Source: Alphaproteobacteria bacterium CG11_big_fil_rev_8_21_14_0_20_39_49 (GTDB lineage Bacteria; Pseudomonadota; Alphaproteobacteria; Rickettsiales; UBA6187). From it: a stretch of DNA of 64,000 nt. Shown piece after piece: positions 55,655 through 64,000 of this stretch. Position numbers and translations under genes: made by a program. The stretch's first letter is position 1. Each line of letters begins with the position of its first letter. The stretch is taken from contig PCXK01000010.1 of NCBI GenBank assembly GCA_002787635.1, positions 11,131 to 75,130 on the forward strand. Direction: 5' to 3'. A model generated the notes under the pieces. That model saw nothing but the letters and a program-made list of their open reading frames with translations, made no database searches and had not been told where the DNA came from.

Positions 55655-56665
55655 TTATAATATTTTATATTCGGCATTTGAACCTGACCGCTTATGATCC
55701 CTTTCCCTTTCTAATCGCTCGGTATGAAGGTTTGTCTTTTTACAAAAAAATGAAGTAAACATAGAACCGAAAACTAAAGCCGCTGCAGTTCCTGCGGCAA
55801 TTGAGGCTATAACACCTATATCCGGTCTGTTTGAACTTGCCGAAGAAGATGCCTCAGGAAAAGACGGCTGTGCGGTAAATGAAGGCTTAGAAAAAGTGTC
55901 AGATGTGAATGAAGACGGAGATATGGAAGGATAAGACCGGCTTTCAATGATATCCAGTATCTTTCCGGTCTGACCTTTTTGCCAACTATGCGGTCGTAGA
56001 TTAGAAGGCAAATCTTCCGTATGCCTGACAATGGTATTATCATTGCAGTTATTATATTGTGCCGTTGTTTTTGAACCTTCGTCTATTACTTGACGATTTG
56101 ACATATCGCAACCGTTATATATTGCAGCATTATTCGTCAACTCATTTTGCGAGACAACATTGCCGACGGCGGGTAATGCACTTGCACCGCCTTCTACCGG
56201 AACTATCGCATCACCCCTATAGTGGTATAAGTAAATATTTGAACCGTGTTCTGGATTGCACCCTTCGTAATCATAAGAGGCAGAGACCGCAAATATATTA
56301 TCGGTAGAAAATCCGTTGTCGCAAAATAGCTCTAATGCCGTAGCACCTCCCATTGAGTGACCGACAATATGTGTTTTATCAATATTGTAATCCGTATTTA
56401 TTTTTTCATTTAACTTTTTTAGAAGGTCAATAGATTCGTCCTGCCAAACCCTGTTTATAGCAGACGGGATTATAACAAGCGAATTCGAAGATGCAGATTC
56501 AGGGCATATTTGTGTAGATTCGCTAAAAGCTGCGGCATCTCCGCCTAGCCCGTGTAATGCATAAACCAAATCAACAGGTTTTGAAGTGTCGATATTCTCA
56601 GGTTCACAAAAAATATAATTAAGTTCTTTGCCGCTATCTTTAAAGAAACGTTCTGATTTTCTCAT
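55655..56665 (-). CDS. alpha/beta-hydrolase (esterase/lipase-like) with Ser/Pro-rich linker and C-terminal TM anchor
   Basis: No signal peptide. LVYALHGLGGDAAAF and nucleophile elbow GHSMGG. S/P-rich SYPSISPSSFTSDTFSKPSFTAQPSFPEASSSASS. TM IGVIASIAAGTAAALVFGSMFTSFF, then a basic tail. Confidence 0.65.
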   Translation of the reverse strand: MRKSERFFKDSGKELNYIFCEPENIDTSKPVDLVYALHGLGGDAAAFSESTQICPESASSNSLVIIPSAINRVWQDESIDLLKKLNEKINTDYNIDKTHIVGHSMGGATALELFCDNGFSTDNIFAVSASYDYEGCNPEHGSNIYLYHYRGDAIVPVEGGASALPAVGNVVSQNELTNNAAIYNGCDMSNRQVIDEGSKTTAQYNNCNDNTIVRHTEDLPSNLRPHSWQKGQTGKILDIIESRSYPSISPSSFTSDTFSKPSFTAQPSFPEASSSASSNRPDIGVIASIAAGTAAALVFGSMFTSFFCKKTNLHTERLERERDHKRSGSNAEYKIL

Positions 56666-56715
56666 GCTAATTTTATTAATTAAGTTAATTTTTGGTGCTT
56701 TTGAAATACTATATA

Positions 56716-56740
56716 GATACTGAAATAAATTCAGTATGAC
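56716..56740. repeat. family A solo hairpin GATACTGAAATAAATTCAGTATGAC
   Basis: Perfect palindrome between the hydrolase gene and the OMP gene. Confidence 0.7.
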
Positions 56741-56758
56741 AAAGATTTTAATGTTTTT

Positions 56759-57337
56759 TTAGAAAGTATATTTTATGATAGCTGAAACGGAATGATTGCC
56801 TTCATTTTCTAAATTGTCTTGTTTTAAGTGCAGGTCATTGCCTGCTTCCTGACCGGCTACTCTGTCAATATAACTATAACCGAGCTGGAATTTAAATGAA
56901 GGAAGATTAGGCGATGTGTAGCTCATGCCTGTGAGAACCTGATAAGACGGTGATGTTGCCGATTCGTCTTTATTATCGTCAGTGCTTGAAATATGCATAA
57001 CACCTATACCGGCTCCTACATAAGCATTAACCCCATTCTTTTTCTTTATGTCATACACAAAATTAGACATCACTTTTGTTTTGTGATAGCTGTTATTTTC
57101 ATATATTGCCTTGTTGTGAGATAGTTGCTGCTCAATGCGTGCGTTTTTTAAAACGCTATCTGCCGATAGAAGCCTGTAACCGAAAGAAACATTATTGTTT
57201 TCAAGGATATCTTCCCTTGAATCCAAATATACGTCATCAATAACGGATTGTTCAATAGCATTAGCATTTGAACTAAAAACCGTTAAAGAAACTAATAAAC
57301 TTGCAAAAACTAACTGTTTTCTACTTTTCATTCCCAT
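56759..57337 (-). CDS. small outer-membrane beta-barrel protein (OMP_b-brl / Opa-like)
   Basis: Signal peptide ..FSSNANA. Alternating beta pattern. Aromatic C-terminus ..SVSAIIKYTF. Confidence 0.7.
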   Translation of the reverse strand: MGMKSRKQLVFASLLVSLTVFSSNANAIEQSVIDDVYLDSREDILENNNVSFGYRLLSADSVLKNARIEQQLSHNKAIYENNSYHKTKVMSNFVYDIKKKNGVNAYVGAGIGVMHISSTDDNKDESATSPSYQVLTGMSYTSPNLPSFKFQLGYSYIDRVAGQEAGNDLHLKQDNLENEGNHSVSAIIKYTF

Positions 57338-57518
57338 GAACTCCTACTTGGAGTTAAAAATTATATGTATTTTTCAACCTTGCAACAACCAACATAACAT
57401 ATCTATGACACGCTTGTCAAATACTTTATTTAGCAACGGGTTAGATGGGAGTTTGGAACCTTTAAGCACTATATATAGTGTAAAATAATTTCCTTATGTA
57501 GCTTATCGTGATTATATA

Positions 57519-57552
57519 GCTTGGATACTATGGTCAAGCCATAGTATGACGG
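57519..57552. repeat. family C palindrome
   Basis: gcttggatactatggtcaagccatagtatgacgg. 8-bp stem tactatgg/ccatagta, ends in ATGAC. Confidence 0.6.
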
Positions 57553-57576
57553 TTATGTTTTTATAAAGTTAATTTA

Positions 57577-57765
57577 CTGTAGAAACCTCTGCAAAAGGTT
57601 GCAAAGTTCAAATTTGAGTTCTTTTTATCCCCTCTCCCGTGTACGGGGGAGGGTTAGTAGGGAGGGGACAATACATGCAGGTATAACAAACACTTGCAAG
57701 TTTTCACCCCCCTCACAAAAACACTTTCGTGTTTTTAACTCTCCCTCAAGGGGAGAGTAGTTTTT
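57577..57765. mobile_element. family B element, right TIR missing (abuts the RND gene stop)
   Basis: ctgtagaaacctctgcaaaagg.. is collinear with 46378-46574 up to ..ggggagagtagttttt. The element stops 5 nt before the TAA of the RND permease gene. Confidence 0.8.
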
Positions 57766-57769
57766 ATCT

Positions 57770-60700
57770 TTAGACGCTTGTTCTAATCTTTTTATTTTGC
57801 GACTTTGTTTTCTTTTTCTCCGGTTTGCTCTCAGGTTTTTTATAGAAGAACCTGTCGCCTATTATCAGCAGTGCGGGAGTGAAAAACAATGTCAGAATTG
57901 TAGCGAAAGTAAGACCTCCGGCTATTGATGTTGAAAGCTGTCTCCACCATTGGCTTGAGGGTGCTCCGATAGTTACTTCCCTTGTGATGAAATCTATATT
58001 TAGTGCCAGTACCATCGGTATCAATCCCAGAACCGTTGTGCCTGCCGTAAGAAGAATCGGACGCAGGCGTTGTATTCCCGTCCGCAATACTGCCTCTTTT
58101 GGTTCCATACCTGCCTCTTTCAGCTTCTGATAGGTATCTATGAATATGATATTATTGTTAACTACAATACCCGAAAGGGAAATTACCCCGACCCCGCACA
58201 TTACTATACCGAAAGGCTGCCCTGTAACTATCAGCCCTAGCAATACTCCTACGGTAGATAAAAATACCGCACTTAATATAATCAGCATATAATATATACT
58301 GTTAAACTGTGTTACCAATATCAGTGCCATACAAAACAGGGCAAGGATAAACGCATTAGATAAGAATTGCTGTGCTTCGTTTTGTTGTTCCTCATCACCT
58401 TTGAAGCGTACCGAGATATCAGGATTGCGTTCCATCTGCGAAAGCAGTTCTTTGACTTCCTTAACTTTGGTATCGGCAAGAATGCCTTCTGCAACGTCAG
58501 CCTTGATAGTCATGTTACGCATACCGTTCATTCTGTATATCGTATCTACCTTTGGCTGTGCCTCGCGTGTTACGAAATTTGAGATGGGAATCAAACCTGC
58601 CTCGGTTGCTACCCTTAAATTATCAAGGGCGGTAAGGTTTCGTTTTTCTTCGGGGAAGCGTATGAGGATATCAACATCTTCATCAGAATCATCGGGGCGG
58701 TAAGATGTCATTTTCAAGCCGTTAGTGATAAACTTGATGAAATTACCCAGTATATTTACATCTGCCCCGAACTTTGCCGCCATCGACCTGTCTATATCCA
58801 TATTCCATTCAATGCCCGGTATGGGTCTTGTGTCCTCGATATCAACCAGACCTTCAATATCGCCCGTCAAGTCCAGTATTTTGGTAACGGCAGGTTCAAG
58901 CAATTCGGGCTTGCGGGAGGATATTATCAGTTCTATAGGCTTGGCAGCACCCGGCCCCGCCTGCTCGTCCTGCGTATTTATTATTATACCTGCCATGCCT
59001 TCTGTGCGTTTTTTTATCTCCTCGATTATCTTATGGGCTTTCGGGCGTTTCTTCCAGTCATCATATTCTATATTTATAATGCCGACTGCGTCCTCAGGTA
59101 TGCCCTTGCCACCCTCCATAGCACCTGATTTTGCGTAAAATACCCTAATACCCTCAACATCGAATATCCGCTCTTCCACCTTTCTGACTAATGCATCTTT
59201 TTCCTGCACGGAAAGATTGCCGCGCGCCCTTATCTGAATCTGCGATGTTTCAGGCTCTATTTCGGGAAAGAACTCTACACCCGTACCGAATTTGGCATAA
59301 TATACATATACACTGCAAAGTATCAGGAATATAAACAGGGCAAATATTCCTGCATGGTTTACAACCGCCTTTAGTAATTTGTAATAGACTGATGCGGAGC
59401 CTTTTAGTTTTTCAAGGTCGCCTTTTTCGGTTAACTCGATATTTTCGATAACCTTCTGTGAGGGTTTGTGTTTGAAAGGCAATATACACCCTATGGTAGG
59501 AATAAAAATTATTGCCATTAATAACGAGCCTGTAAGCGTTGCTATCAAAGTAATAGGCATATATTGCATGAACTGCCCGACTATTCCCGGCCAGAACAGC
59601 AACGGCATGAACACTACCAAAGTAGTTGCGGTGGAGGCTATGATAGGCCATTTCATATATTTTGCCGATTCGGTATAAGCCTCTTTTTTGCTTTTGCCTT
59701 CGGTCATTTTACGGTCTGCCATCTCGCACGTGATGATAGCCGAATCCACAAGCATACCGATAGATAATATAAGGCTGAACAACACGACTATATTGACGGT
59801 TAGCCCGATAGAATCAATAAACAGAACTCCAAGTAAGAAAGCTCCCGGAATTGCTATAGTTACAAGTGCTGCCGAACGCAGCCCCACAAAGTAAATAATG
59901 ACTATCATGACCAGCAAAATTGCCATGATTATATTATTTTCAAGGTCTTTGAGCATATTTATTATAGTGCCTGATTTATCCCCCGAATAGGTAATGTCGA
60001 TATGTTCGGGCCAGAACTGTTTTTCAAAAGCGACACGCTCTTTTACCTGATTTATGGTTTCAATAACATTTGTACCCGTACGCTTGGAGACTTCAAGCAC
60101 AATAGAATTTTTACCGTTGGCACGGGCAAAGCCCGTAGGGTCTTTGAAAGTTTTTTTAATCTTTGCTATATCACGTACAGTTACTACCGAATCGCCGTTT
60201 ACTTTTACAGGAAGAGATAAAATATCGTTTAATCCTTCTAATAAACCGGGTACTTTAATGGAATAACGCCCGTTGCCGTTATCAAGCGCACCTGCTGCTA
60301 TCAACCTGTTAAAACCGGTGGCTATCTGATTCATCTCTGCCAGCGTTATACGGTAGCTTTCTACCATTATAGGGTCTATCTCAATCTCAACCGCTTCTTC
60401 CCTGTCGCCTGCTATATTGACATCTAGGACATTAGGCAGTTCCTCTATCTTATCCCGCAGGTTGCGGGCTATGGTAACTAAAGTGCGTTCGGGTATGTCA
60501 CCGCCGATAATCACGTTTATAACGGGGAACAGGCTTAAATTTATCTCCTTTACATCAGGCTCGTCCGTATCTGTCGGCAGCTCTGTTTTTGCAAGGTCAA
60601 CTTTCTCACGCACATCGTTCAATGCTTTTTCGCTATCAAAACCTGCGTTGAATTCCAATGTAACAGATGCACGCCCCTCGGTTGCGTAAGCGGTCATCTC

Positions 60701-60937
60701 CTTTACACCCTCTATGGAACGCAGTTCCTTTTCCATCGGTTTTATAAGTAAACGCTCGGCATCTTCAGGCGATATGCCTTCATGGGTCATGGTCGTTATG
60801 ATAAAAGGTATGCGTACGTCAGGGTCTTGCTCTTTTGGTATAGACTTGTATGAAGATGTGCCGACGGCAAATACTAATAGCAATATCAGTATTATCGTGC
60901 GGTATCTGTTTATACATGCGTCAATAAAAGTGTCCAT
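57770..60937 (-). CDS. RND-family efflux permease (AcrB/HAE1-like)
   Basis: 1055 aa, 12-TM RND architecture with two large periplasmic loops. 4-nt gap to the upstream adaptor gene. Confidence 0.92.
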   Translation of the reverse strand: MDTFIDACINRYRTIILILLLVFAVGTSSYKSIPKEQDPDVRIPFIITTMTHEGISPEDAERLLIKPMEKELRSIEGVKEMTAYATEGRASVTLEFNAGFDSEKALNDVREKVDLAKTELPTDTDEPDVKEINLSLFPVINVIIGGDIPERTLVTIARNLRDKIEELPNVLDVNIAGDREEAVEIEIDPIMVESYRITLAEMNQIATGFNRLIAAGALDNGNGRYSIKVPGLLEGLNDILSLPVKVNGDSVVTVRDIAKIKKTFKDPTGFARANGKNSIVLEVSKRTGTNVIETINQVKERVAFEKQFWPEHIDITYSGDKSGTIINMLKDLENNIIMAILLVMIVIIYFVGLRSAALVTIAIPGAFLLGVLFIDSIGLTVNIVVLFSLILSIGMLVDSAIITCEMADRKMTEGKSKKEAYTESAKYMKWPIIASTATTLVVFMPLLFWPGIVGQFMQYMPITLIATLTGSLLMAIIFIPTIGCILPFKHKPSQKVIENIELTEKGDLEKLKGSASVYYKLLKAVVNHAGIFALFIFLILCSVYVYYAKFGTGVEFFPEIEPETSQIQIRARGNLSVQEKDALVRKVEERIFDVEGIRVFYAKSGAMEGGKGIPEDAVGIINIEYDDWKKRPKAHKIIEEIKKRTEGMAGIIINTQDEQAGPGAAKPIELIISSRKPELLEPAVTKILDLTGDIEGLVDIEDTRPIPGIEWNMDIDRSMAAKFGADVNILGNFIKFITNGLKMTSYRPDDSDEDVDILIRFPEEKRNLTALDNLRVATEAGLIPISNFVTREAQPKVDTIYRMNGMRNMTIKADVAEGILADTKVKEVKELLSQMERNPDISVRFKGDEEQQNEAQQFLSNAFILALFCMALILVTQFNSIYYMLIILSAVFLSTVGVLLGLIVTGQPFGIVMCGVGVISLSGIVVNNNIIFIDTYQKLKEAGMEPKEAVLRTGIQRLRPILLTAGTTVLGLIPMVLALNIDFITREVTIGAPSSQWWRQLSTSIAGGLTFATILTLFFTPALLIIGDRFFYKKPESKPEKKKTKSQNKKIRTSV

Positions 60938-60941
60938 CTTT

Positions 60942-62015
60942 TTACTCAGCCACTACCGCTTTATCACCAACCCTTAAAAATTCCTGACCTGCGGTTATTA
61001 TTTTAGTGTTATCGGGTATGCCTGTTATCCACATTCCTTCTTTAGACTCTTTAATTATATTTATAGGATAAAATTCTACCCTGCTTTCATGGGATAGTGT
61101 TTTTAAACCTATCTCTCCGGACTCATCAAGAGTGAAAAAAGAGGGCTTGATAAGATGGGCGTTTATTTGTTTTACAGGAATTATAATACCCGTAGTCATA
61201 CCCTCAAAAAAATCATAGCCGTTATTTACTATTTCTACCTCAACCCTAAAAGTCCTTGTGGTGGCATCGGCAACCTTGCTTATATAACTGACAAATCCTA
61301 CGGTTTCTATTCCGCTTACGGTTTTTATCGTTGCGTTATTACCTATTTTTATACCTGCTATTTTATTTTCAGGTATCCGGGCAACAGCCAGTATCTTCGA
61401 ATCATCAATAACGGTAGCAACCTGTTCCCCTGACTGATGAAGGTAATCACCCTCTTCAACATACAACTCCTGAACTATACCGTTAAAAGGTGCTTTTATA
61501 AAAATCTCATCATAGGCGGTTTGGGTTTTATACAGGTTCGCTACGGCAGATTGCAGGTTTGCGTAGCTTTCGGATAATTTTGTTTTTGACTGGTGACCTG
61601 AATTTTTCAATGACTTTGCCACATTATACTCAAGCCGGCGTTGTGCTAATAGTGCTTCGGCACTTTGCAGGATTTTTTTCCTGTCCTCAACTTCTAAAGA
61701 TAAAATTATATCACCTTCTTTAACCCTTCCGCCTTCTAATACCGATATTTTCTCGACCTTGCCGTGTGTTTGCGATTTTATATTTACCTTGCGGTATGAC
61801 ATTGTAGTGCCGTATAGCTGCACCTCCTGTAGGATATTTTTCGCCTCTGACTTTGTTATGCCGACTTTTGGTGCGATAGATGCGGTTTTTTCAACGGTTT
61901 TAGTACCGTCGTCTTCAGGCTTGTTTGCCATGCTCGGAAAAAAGCCTGAGCCTATCCACAAAAATACTGCCACAAATATTAATGTAGCTATAAATTTTGA
62001 GGAAATATGGGGCAT
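60942..62015 (-). CDS. RND efflux periplasmic adaptor (membrane fusion protein)
   Basis: N-terminal anchor. Lipoyl/barrel-sandwich halves (GKVEKISVLEGGRVKEGDIIL .. GIVQELYVEEGDYL) separated by a coiled-coil hairpin. Confidence 0.88.
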   Translation of the reverse strand: MPHISSKFIATLIFVAVFLWIGSGFFPSMANKPEDDGTKTVEKTASIAPKVGITKSEAKNILQEVQLYGTTMSYRKVNIKSQTHGKVEKISVLEGGRVKEGDIILSLEVEDRKKILQSAEALLAQRRLEYNVAKSLKNSGHQSKTKLSESYANLQSAVANLYKTQTAYDEIFIKAPFNGIVQELYVEEGDYLHQSGEQVATVIDDSKILAVARIPENKIAGIKIGNNATIKTVSGIETVGFVSYISKVADATTRTFRVEVEIVNNGYDFFEGMTTGIIIPVKQINAHLIKPSFFTLDESGEIGLKTLSHESRVEFYPINIIKESKEGMWITGIPDNTKIITAGQEFLRVGDKAVVAE

Positions 62016-62248
62016 ATGACTATATATCGGGATAAGTGATTATATGCAACGCAACATAGCATATTTAAGTTTGTCTTACAAGCAAAGACCTTATGCATAA
62101 GAGTCTTTTTTTGACGATTTTGTCGTTATGTCACCTCTCGAACACGTATGCATGTTGAACACTCTATATATACAAATCCAAAATAATAAATTGAAAAAAG
62201 TAACAAATTTCTTATAGTGTCTTTAATTGACTAAAGTTGAGAAATAAA

Positions 62249-63361
62249 ATGAATAAAGCATTATTGCCTACAGGGCTGCATGATTTGTTATTCCCGAAAG
62301 CCGGAGCGCAAATAAATATAGTCGCAAAAATATCAAAGCATGTTGAAGGATACGGTTATCAGAAAGTATCTCCTCCGGCTATTGAATATGAAGATAGCCT
62401 TTTCGCAGGTGCCGGACGTTTTTTAAAGAAAAACACGTTCCGCTTTATGGATCCGCAATCAGATAAGATGATGGGTGTGCGTTCCGATATGACCGTTCAG
62501 ATAGCCAGAATAGCCGCAACAAGGCTGGTTAATACACCAAAGCCGCTAAGGCTTTCATATGCAGGTGACGTATTCAGAGTAAAAGGTGACGGTCTGCACG
62601 CAGAACGCCAGTTCACACAGACAGGCATAGAATTGATAGGCGTTGATAACGCCTATGCTGATGCGGAGGTTGTGATAGTGGCTCTGGGAGCGCTGAAAGC
62701 CGCCGGTGTTAAGAGGTTGTGCATAGATTTTAATTTACCCGATTTGGCGGGGATAGTCCTTAAAGAACTGGGTTTTAAAAAAGAAGATCGCAAGCCGCTT
62801 TTTTCGGCAATAAAAAGAAAAGATGAAACGGCTATTAATAATCTGGCAGGGGACGGAGCCGAGTTGATACTTAAACTCATAAATTATAATATTATGAGTG
62901 AGGATATCTCTAATATAGCCGTTCCTGATTCGGCAAAGGTATTATTTTACCGCCTTATAGAAGTTATAAATATAGTTAAGGACAAGCTGCCTGATGTTCA
63001 GATATCCATAGACCCTCTTGGAGCCGGAAGGTTTAGTTACCACTCCGGAATAGGGTTTTCTATTTTTGCTAAAGGAGCCAAGGCAGAACTTGGGCGTGGC
63101 GGAAGGTATAAGATAGATGAAGATAGTGGCGGTATCGGTGCGACTTTATATGTGAACGAGTTGTTCAGGCTGTTGCCTCGTCCCGTCCCCAAAGAGAAGG
63201 TTCTGATACCTTTTGATACGGGGGCAGCAAAAATTGAGAGCCTGCAAAAAGAAGGTTATGTTATAGTCCATTCACTTGAACACGGTGAGGATATGAAAAA
63301 AACAGCCCAATATCTGGGTTGTTCCTGTTACTTGGACGGCAAGCAACTGAAAACGGTCTAG
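62249..63361 (+). CDS. hisZ: ATP phosphoribosyltransferase regulatory subunit
   Basis: Trimmed to the ATG at 62249 (MNKALLPTGLHDLLFPKA..). HisRS-like class II core without an anticodon domain (FRFMDPQSDKMMGVRSDMTVQIARI..RLSYAGDVFR..RQFTQTGIELIG). Confidence 0.85.
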   Translation: MNKALLPTGLHDLLFPKAGAQINIVAKISKHVEGYGYQKVSPPAIEYEDSLFAGAGRFLKKNTFRFMDPQSDKMMGVRSDMTVQIARIAATRLVNTPKPLRLSYAGDVFRVKGDGLHAERQFTQTGIELIGVDNAYADAEVVIVALGALKAAGVKRLCIDFNLPDLAGIVLKELGFKKEDRKPLFSAIKRKDETAINNLAGDGAELILKLINYNIMSEDISNIAVPDSAKVLFYRLIEVINIVKDKLPDVQISIDPLGAGRFSYHSGIGFSIFAKGAKAELGRGGRYKIDEDSGGIGATLYVNELFRLLPRPVPKEKVLIPFDTGAAKIESLQKEGYVIVHSLEHGEDMKKTAQYLGCSCYLDGKQLKTV

Positions 63362-63948
63362 CTAAAAAAACGCCCCAAAAACCCTTTGCCGTTTTGTTCT
63401 TGCTGACGGTTTAGTAGTTCTTCGTATGACTTGCTTCTTTTTAGCTCATGCTTTTGTACGAATACAAAGTTTAAGCTGTCTGTTGATATATAATCGTTAT
63501 TACCTGCTTCGGTGGCGACTTTAGGGCTATGGTTAACACTACTATCTATCCGTTCTAGCAACTCTCCTATATCGGATGATGTTTGTAGATCTATTTTTAT
63601 ACATGAGTCGGATTGTAAGTCTTCATCGAATCGCTGCTTTGAATGTGTGTTGCCCGAAACGCTTTCATAACCTTCTAAAATTAATCGACCGCGACCTTCA
63701 AATTCGTCTAATGCATCACGCAAGTCATCTGTTTGTATTGAATCACTAAGTTCGCTCAAGGAAGTTGAGGATATTGACTGTAAAATTTTCAGGTTATCGG
63801 TGTTTTTAGTATTATTGTTATTATGGAAATTAAGTTTTGATTCTGACTGACTTCGCCTTTTATCCTCACGTTTTTGTCTGGTTCTGTTCTTACCGCTATC
63901 GGCTTTTGGCTTATTATTTCCCATACCGCCCCTCCAAAACAATGACAT
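63358..63948 (-). CDS. hypothetical protein, basic N-terminus, Ser/Asp-rich and probably disordered
   Basis: MSLFWRGGMGNNKPKADSGKNRTRQKREDKRRSQ.. (alternative ATG at 63924). No domain recognised. Its stop overlaps the hisZ stop in a CTAG palindrome. Confidence 0.45.
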   Translation of the reverse strand: MSLFWRGGMGNNKPKADSGKNRTRQKREDKRRSQSESKLNFHNNNNTKNTDNLKILQSISSTSLSELSDSIQTDDLRDALDEFEGRGRLILEGYESVSGNTHSKQRFDEDLQSDSCIKIDLQTSSDIGELLERIDSSVNHSPKVATEAGNNDYISTDSLNFVFVQKHELKRSKSYEELLNRQQEQNGKGFLGRFFS

Positions 63949-64000
63949 TGTTGTTTAATTTTAGAATAATTGTAATAATTTTCTTTGCAAGAGAAAAATT

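Overview
All calls come from reading the sequence and the ORF track by eye. No similarity search was run, and repeat coordinates are good to a few nt.

The window is an AT-rich (roughly high-30s % GC by eye) chromosomal segment with alphaproteobacterial gene order. The density of palindromic repeats suggests a Rickettsiales/Holosporales-like lineage, but that is inference only.

Most of it is housekeeping:
- glyA (partial, missed by the ORF track) and rpiB; hup; a cheW plus triple-PAS MCP pair.
- lptD-surA-rsmA; groES-groEL; prfB (with the classic +1 programmed frameshift, so the ORF track splits it); mrcA; an amiC-like amidase; a desaturase.
- On the minus strand, a long conserved run aroA-[membrane SpeE-like]-cmk-rpsA-sppA-ihfB-asmA-lapA-trpF-trpB-trpA.
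- rne, midA, lgt, ubiK-proC, an orphan cpaC-cpaD, hom-glpX, purH.
- A capD/pglF-type dehydratase preceded by a HEPN/MNT pair.
- An M16 peptidase, a convergent PAP2 phosphatase and ArnT-like glycosyltransferase, thiG, an RND pump with its adaptor, and hisZ.

Accessory content is small and scattered:
- A secreted ankyrin-repeat protein, a highly charged protein and a dinJ-yafQ module between groEL and prfB. The yafQ toxin is frameshifted by a 17-nt tandem triplication.
- A very AT-rich TMEM43/DUF1625-like gene.
- A tail-anchored alpha/beta hydrolase next to a small OMP.
- An IS982-like transposase remnant.

The most striking non-genic signal is that nearly every intergenic spacer holds nested palindromic, MITE-like elements. 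There are at least five sequence families, several with terminal inverted repeats. All share a GTCAT...ATGAC end signature.
- One copy sits exactly between trpB and trpA.
- One copy provides the stop codons of two convergent genes.
- Several copies create false N-terminal ORF extensions.

I found no rRNA, tRNA or CRISPR array, and no convincing multi-gene system of unknown function. The candidates below are modest and are scored accordingly.
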